From Mobula hypostoma (Eukaryota): 64,000 nucleotides of DNA. The stretch lies in the NCBI RefSeq assembly GCF_963921235.1, contig NC_086097.1, forward strand, positions 171,494,001-171,558,000. The letters run 5' to 3'. Shown here piece after piece: positions 56,789 to 64,000 of this stretch. The notes beneath the pieces were generated by a model. That model was not told the origin of the DNA. It was given only the letters and a program-made list of their open reading frames with translations, and did not search any database. A program made the position numbers and the translations under genes. The number at the start of each line of letters is the position of its first letter. The stretch's first letter is position 1.

Positions 56789-58285
56789 GAAAATAGGTGC
56801 AGGAGTAGGCCATTCGGCCCTTCGAGCCTGCACCGCCATTCAGTATGATCATGGCTGATCATCCAACTCAGAACCCTGTACCAGCTTTCCCTCCATACCC
56901 CCGATCCCTTTAGCCACAAGGGCCATATCTAACTCCCTCTTAAATATAGCCAATGAACTGGCCTCAACTGTTTCCTGTGGCAGAGAATTCCGCAGATTTA
57001 CCACTGTCTGTGTGAGGAAGATTTTCCTAATCTCGGTCCTAAAAGGCTTCCCCTTTATCTTCAAACTGTGACCTCTCGTTCTGGACTTCCCCAACATCGG
57101 GAACAATCTTTCTGCATCTAGCCTGTCCAATCTCTTTAGGATTTTATACGTTTCAATCAGATCCCCCCTCAATCTTCTAAATTCCAACGAGTACAAGCCC
57201 AGTTCATCCAGTCTTTCATCATATGAAAGTCCTACCATCCCAGGAATTAATCTGGTGAATCTTCTTTGTACTCCCTCTATGGCAAGGATGTCTTTCCTCA
57301 GATTAGGGGACCAAAACTGCACACAATACTCCAGGTGTGGTCTCACCAAGGCCTTGTACAACTGCAGTAGTACCTCCCTGCTCCTGTACTCGAATCCTCT
57401 TGCTATAAATGCCAGCATACCATTCGCCTTTTTCACCGCCTGCTCTACCTGCATGCCCACTTTCAATGACTGGTGTATAATGACACCCAGGTCTCGTTGC
57501 ACCTCCTCTTTTCCTAATCGGCCACCATTCAGTTAATAATCTGTTTTCCTGTTTTTGCCATCAAAGTGGATAACCTCACATTTATCCACATTAAATTGCA
57601 TCTGGCATGAATTTGCCCACTCACCTAACCTATTCAAGTCACCCTGCATCCTCTTAGCATCCTCCTCACAGCTAACATTGCCGCCCAGCTTCGTGTCATC
57701 CGCAAACTTGGAGATGCTGTATTTAATTCCCTCATCCAAGTCATTAATATATATTGTAAACAACTGGGGTCCCAGCACTGAGCCTTGCGGTACCCCACTA
57801 GTCACTGCCTGCCATTCTGAAAAGGTACCATTTATTCCCACTCTTTGCTTCCTGTCTGCCAACCAATTCTCTATCCATATCAATACCTTACCCCCAATAC
57901 CATGTGCTTTAAGTTTGCACACTAATCTCCTGTGTGGGACCTTGTCAAAAGCCTTTTGAAAATCCAAATATACCACATCCACTGGTTCTCCCCTATCCAC
58001 TCTACTAGTTACATCCTCAAAAAATTCTATGAGATTTGTCAGACATGATTTTCCTTTCACAAATCCATGCTGACTTTGTCCGATCATTTCACCGCTTTCC
58101 AAATGTGCTGTTATCATATCCTTGATAACTGACTCCAGCAGTTTCCCCACCACTGACGTTAGGCTAACCGGTCTATAATTCCCCGGTTTCTCTCTCCCTC
58201 CTTTTTTAAAAAGTGGGGTTACATTAGCCACCCTCCAATCCTCAGGAACTAGTCCAGAATCTAACGAGTTTTGAAAAATTATCAC
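56789..58285 (-). mobile_element. Young CR1 LINE, 5'-truncated, inserted in a V-SINE
   Basis: ORFs 57533-58303 and 56849-57502 with full RT motifs; ttcata at 56783-56788 and 58286-58291 as TSD. Closely related to 44768-46928. Confidence 0.95.
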
Positions 58286-61200
58286 TTCATAACCTAAAGG
58301 CATGTTGGTAGGTTAGCTGGCTACTCTATGTGATCCATTAGACTTAATATCCAAAATGCCAAACTCAAGGTTGAATTTATTGTCTTATGCACATGTACAT
58401 TTATGCACAAATACAGTGAAGAACTTAATTGCAACAGCATTACTGACACAGCACATCGGATAAGTGGAATTCACAAGAAAAAAACATACACATAAATTAT
58501 ACATAATTTTTGCAAGAAAGAACATAATTAGAACAAAAATATCTATTTTAGTGCAATGTAATCGAAGTGGTGTTAATGCTGTTAAAGTTCAGTTTGTTGG
58601 TTCAAGAACCGAATTGTTGAAAGGATGTAGTGGTTCTTTAACCTGGTGGTATTGGACTTCTCAGACTTCTGTGTCTTCTGCCCAATGGTAGCAGAGAGAA
58701 GATGGCATGTCCTGGATGGTGGGGATCTTTAATGACAGACATTGCCTTCTTGACATAAGATGTAGGAGTTCAGTTAAGTTATTCAGCCCATCAAGTTTGT
58801 TCTGCCATTTGACATTGGCTGATTTATTTTCCTTCTTAACCTCATTGAGGTAGTATCTTCAGTAGACCCTTACGATGCATAGGAGAGAGGTACCCATGAT
58901 CTATTTGGCTGACTCCACTACTTTCTGCAGCTTTTTTATGCTCCCGTGCATTCAAATTACTATAGCAGACAATGATGCAGGCAGTCCGGATACGATCAAC
59001 TATACATTTGTTGAAAACGAACATTTGTGAAGCTGAGTAAGTGGGAGTGGAGATTGAAGGCAGCAGGGAATGAAATTGATGGGATTATTCTGCTGAGAAC
59101 TAGAATGAAGTGACTGGCTTCCTACTGTGTTGTAAGCAAGTAGCTGGAGTTAAAATTCCTATAAGCTATTAACTAATACAATAATAAAAACAGAAATTGC
59201 ATCATCTGTGTAAAGAGAAGCATTTAATTACATTTAATTGGCATTTCCACTCTGGGATAAAGACCATTTACTCTATTTATACCTCTCAAAATTTTTATAT
59301 ACTTCCATCAGATCAGCCTTCAGACTCTGTGCTCAAGAGAAAGCAATGATTAAAAGACACTTGAACAGGTGCATGGATGGGCAAGGTTTGGAGGAATATG
59401 GGCCAAATATGGGGCCAGCTCAAGTTGGCAAGTTGGTTGGTATGGATGAGTTGGGTTGAAGGACACATTTTTCTGCTGTTTAATTTTATGGCCATATGAA
59501 TAAGGCAATAGAGGTCTATCCAACCTCACTTTATATATAATACACTTAAATCTTCTATACCCTCTCCAAAGTCTCCACATCCTTCCTTTAGTGAAGTGAC
59601 CAGAAATGGATATAATGCTCCAAATGGGGTCTAACCAATGTTCTATATGCTTGCGACAATACTTGGAGCTTTTAAACTCAGTGACCTGCTGATGAAGGCA
59701 AGCAGGCCGTACACCTTCTTTCCACCTGGTCTACTTGTGTTGCCACTTTTAGGCAACTATTGACTTCTACCCCAAGATCCTTTTGTACATTAATGACCCC
59801 AAATGTCCTGCCAATTATTGTATATTTCCCTCTTGCATTTGACCTCCCAACGTACATCACCTCATGTTTGTCTGGATTCATCTCCTTCCTATTGCATCTG
59901 TTACTTCTAAAAAACAAATAGACTCTCCTGATATTGGGTTTGACTGTGACAAACTATTCCTCCAAAGATTAAAATAGAAAAGACAGGAAACACTCAGCAG
60001 ATCAAGCAAAACCTAAAACTGTTTGCTTTCTTTTCTCTCCACAGCTGCCCAACCTGTGGAGTGTTTCCAGCATCTTATGTTAAATTGGCTTGATATTGTC
60101 AATTTACATGCCATCCACCCAGGTCATCCCAAAGCAAAAGTACCTGAAAATGGAAAAACAACAACAGAAAGTAAAATATAGTTACAGAGGAAGTGCAGTG
60201 TAGGCAAATAAATCAGATGCAAGGGCCACATCAAGGTAGCTTGAGAGGTCAAGAGTACTTTATCACACAAGCAATTTATTCAAGAGTCTCACAGCAGTGG
60301 AATAGAAGCTGCACTTGAGCCTGGAGGTACATGCTTTCAAAGCTTTTCTCTCTTCTTTCCTTTACTTGCTTTAGTTTCAGATGATCGAGGACGTACTGAT
60401 AAAACACAGTAGGTCCAGCAGCATCTATGGTAAGGGAAACACTTAACATTTCAGGACGATGAAACTTCAGTAGAACTGAGCAAAAAATAAAGCAAGTTAG
60501 CCTAGGTAACAGAGGTCGTAAAGAAATGAGAATCAAAAAATGCATCTGTTACAGACATAGGAGAAAGCTCATAAATCAATCCTATCAGTTCCAATTCCCC
60601 TGTTTATTTTCCTGTGATCTACACTCTTCACAAAGTCGTTAGCACACCCTCGTTTCTTCCACCAGTCACCCATGTGGGCAATAACTTACAGCAGGCATGT
60701 GAACTTAACCTGAATATGTGTGGGGAACCAGATCACCTGGACCTACAAGGTCACAATGAGATTAAAAAATAGACAGCTTTGGGGTCAGGATCAAGCCTGG
60801 GGTCACATCGAGGCGGCTGCACGTCCTGCTGTAACTCCTCCTCTTGAAGCATTCCTCAAATTCTGATCTCATGAGCATCTTGGAAGTTAAGTCTCTTCCC
60901 TCTGCTTTTTGATAGCAATGCCTTTAACTAACTGTGGATTGGAATCAGAATTGAATTTATTATTATTATTGTGAAATGTGTTGTTTTGAGGCAGCAGAAC
61001 AGTACAAGACATAAACATTACAATAGGTTACAATATAAATAAGTAAGTAGCACTTAAGAGGAACAGTGAGATAGTGTTCGTAGGTTCATGGCAGTTCAGA
61101 AATCTGATGGCAAAGGGGACTAAAACATTGAGTGTGTGTCATCAGGCTCCTATACCTCCTCCATGATGGGGAATTTCCTCTTAACTCCCTTCCACCTCTT

Positions 61201-63850
61201 CTCTCTCAGGATATTTTCAGTAACTGGCCTTTCTGACTAAAGTTCTTTCCACCTGATCTCAACACTACTTTGCTAAAGTTTGTTGATGACCCCCCCCCCC
61301 CCACCCTTATGTTATTTCAGGGCATTTTTCTGTGTTAAAAACATTTTATAAATGGAAATGCTTGTCATAATCTCTGCAAATGTCTTTCCACTAGTTTTGA
61401 GCAAAGCAGTCTCAGAGTTCCATAATGACTTTTGCACTCTACATCCAGTCTCACAGCAGCCTCCTGGCATCACAACAGAAGCTAAAATGTCAGCACACAA
61501 TGGGAACTTTATTTGACCATTTAGTTTCTGGCAGGATTGGGTACTTGGAGCTCGATTAATGTCAGGTTTTGGAGCACAATTAGTCATATGTCATGTACTC
61601 TGAGTGACCAGATCCAGATGTTTAACTGAGCAAGACAATCCAGCCTTTTCAAATAAGCGGCAAACTCTCCCTGATGGCGCCATAGTTAGAGGCGATTAAC
61701 TCAAAAGCAACTTTTTTTAAAGAGTTCTGAAAAGAGCAACAAACACAAGAGACTGTAGATGCTGGAATCTGAAGCAACAAACTCGGTTAGGACATGCTAT
61801 GAGAAATTGGGTTAAGGATTTATTTCCTGGAGTATAGAAGAATGAGGGGAGATTTGTACAGAGGTGTAGAAGATTATGAGAGTTATTGATAGGGTTTATG
61901 CAAACAGCTTTTTCCACTGATGTCGGGGAAGACTAGAACTAGAGGTTTCCCAATTAACCAATTTCCCCTGGGATCAATAAAGTATCACTATGACTAGGTT
62001 AAGGGATAAAGGTGAAATATTTAAGTGGAACCCGAGGGGGGACTTCATCACTCAGAGAGTGTTGTGTGTGTAGAATGGGCTGTGAGCAGAAGTGGTGGAT
62101 GTGAGTTCGATTGCAACATTTAAGAGAAGTTTGAATAAGTACATGGGTGGGAGTGGTATGAAGGGTCAAGGCAGAACAACAGTTCAACATGGACCAGATG
62201 GGCTGAAGGGCATGTTTCCTTGCTGTAGTGCTCTATGACTCTAAACAATCTGCTGGTGGAACTCTTAGGATGAGCAGCGCCTGTTGGGGGAGGGTGGAAT
62301 TTTTGACATTTTCCTGCATTAGCACTCAGAGTGGGGAGCGGTTTTGCCCTAAAGTGTCAACAATTATTTTCCTTCTGCAGATATTGCTCTACCTACTGAG
62401 TTAGTCCCAGCAGATTGTTTGTTGCATTATCAAGTGGAGATGGAACTAAGGAACAGGGCAGTGGTCGGTTGAGTTAATGTGTCCAAACACGCTCTGTGGA
62501 GCAGCTGTGAATAAAACAAAGACGTATCTTTGATTATGATCTGTTGAATGGTGGAAATTCAAAGCAGCAGGGGCCATTTGGACATGGGTGACAAAGTCAC
62601 CTGGGGAAACTGCTGATGCGTCTCGTTCTGCGGCTCACCTTTGCAGCCCTGTATATCATACCATTTCAAATAATCAGCGGTTGTGAGGATTGACAGTGGA
62701 GAAGGTGAGATGGAAGTTTTGACTCTTAGTGCATGGATATAGACCACTGATTTCCAGACAAAAGCCTCCAGACTCCTTTGATGATGCTTTCAGCTCTGTG
62801 TCAGGGCTTCATCCATCTCCTAAGCCCCTGTAGAATCTCATCCATGCATAGCGCAAATATAATTATGCTGCAGAGCCCTGACTCTTGAAATCCATGCATA
62901 ATTCTTGGGACCAGACAGATTAAATGTCGGCATTGAAATCACCAATTTATACAGTGATCTGTATGTAAGACAGAAACATACATGCAGAGGCTGTAACGAC
63001 ATTAAATCTAATTTCCATCAAGTGAGAGTATATTGGATTTTAAATCCTTACCAAATTATAAAAAAAGGTCTTGTCAGAAGAAGTGAGGAGCCTATAATGG
63101 AAAATGTTAATCCCTCTTCCCATTTAACCTCCTGAAAACCATGGTACTGTTTCAAATAGAAATAGGAATACAAAGCAGTTGGATTTTGATTTATTCAGAG
63201 AATATACAGTGGATACTGAGAGGGAGAACCCAATCTCTCTGATTCTGTATTAATACTGTTCTTTACTCACAGAAGGCTCTTTGAATTTTTTTTTTCTCTG
63301 TTGGACATTTTATCAATAACAAGGGCAGTGGCTTAAAAAGGACTGTGAGCACAATGTCTTTTACAGAGATATTCTGTAAAAAGGAATGGCTGTTATCCAG
63401 AAACTTCCATTCAGATTATAAAATAGGAGATACAAATGCATTCAGCTTTCGTCACCCTGCCATAGAAAAGATGTTACAGAACTAGAAAGGCCGCAGAAAA
63501 AGAATTTAGAAGAATGTTGCCTGGACTTAAGGGCCTGAGTCAGAGAGAGAGGCTGTACAGGCAAGGGCATTTGTTCTTAAAGCATAAGAGAACGAAATAT
63601 CTAATGAAGATGTGTAAAATTGTGTGGGGTATAGATAAAGTGAATACACTCAGTCTTTTTCCCAGGGTTGGGGATTTAGGAACATAAGAGTAAAGGTTTA
63701 AGGTGAAAGGGAGAACATTTAATAAGACCCTGAGGAGAATTTTTTACTTGGAAGATGGTGTGTATATGGAATGAACTGTGGAAGGAAGTGGCTGAGGCTG
63801 GTGTAATGACAAGTTTTAAAAGACAAATACAGGGTTAGAAAAGTTTAGAG

Positions 63851-63916
63851 TAGGGGTTCCCAACCTTTTTATGCCATGGATCCCCACCATTAACCAAGGG
63901 TTCCGTGGACCCATGG
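63851..63916. mobile_element. Short hAT-Charlie-type MITE fragment in a CR1 3' end
   Basis: TAGGGGTTCCCAACCTTTT terminus resembles the TIR at 40662; right TIR not clear. Confidence 0.5.
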
Positions 63917-64000
63917 TTCAGACAGATCTGGGCCAAATGCTGGCTTGGATGGACATCTTGGTAGGCTTGTATGAGTTGGATTGAAGGTCTTGTTTCTGTG

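Noticed and set aside
61667..61683. CTCF-like motif ctccctgatggcgcc
   Set aside because: Three mismatches in the core; cannot be distinguished from chance without ChIP or conservation data.
62639..62827. 189-bp - strand exon candidate (tacag| ... aag|gtgag)
   Set aside because: Stops in all three frames and a weak polypyrimidine tract; not supportable as coding.

Overview
Eukaryotic (vertebrate) DNA dominated by transposable elements. The repeat complement (abundant CR1 and Rex1/Babar-type LINEs, V-SINE/HE1-like and DeuSINE/SacSINE1-like SINEs, Penelope remnants) points to a cartilaginous fish, probably a ray or shark; this is inferred from family recognition, not from a search. I found no intact host protein-coding gene, rRNA, tRNA gene or CRISPR array. 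Every ORF I can recognise is a TE fragment: CR1, Rex1, RTE or L1 ORF2, CR1 ORF1 esterase, Gypsy gag-pol, Tc1 and hAT transposases. The most notable structures are: (1) a Sleeping Beauty-family Tc1 element rearranged into a palindrome with two right IR/DR ends (33417-35045); (2) a 15 x 46-bp minisatellite inside a Buster/Charlie hAT element; (3) two solo-LTR-like inserts, one with clear CCAAT/TATA/polyA architecture; (4) a hAT-in-hAT composite with both 8-bp TSDs intact; (5) a four-element nest in an old CR1; (6) dispersed hairpin elements with decayed hammerhead-like cores. I cannot support a claim of a new multi-gene biological system here. Boundaries without TSDs are approximate.
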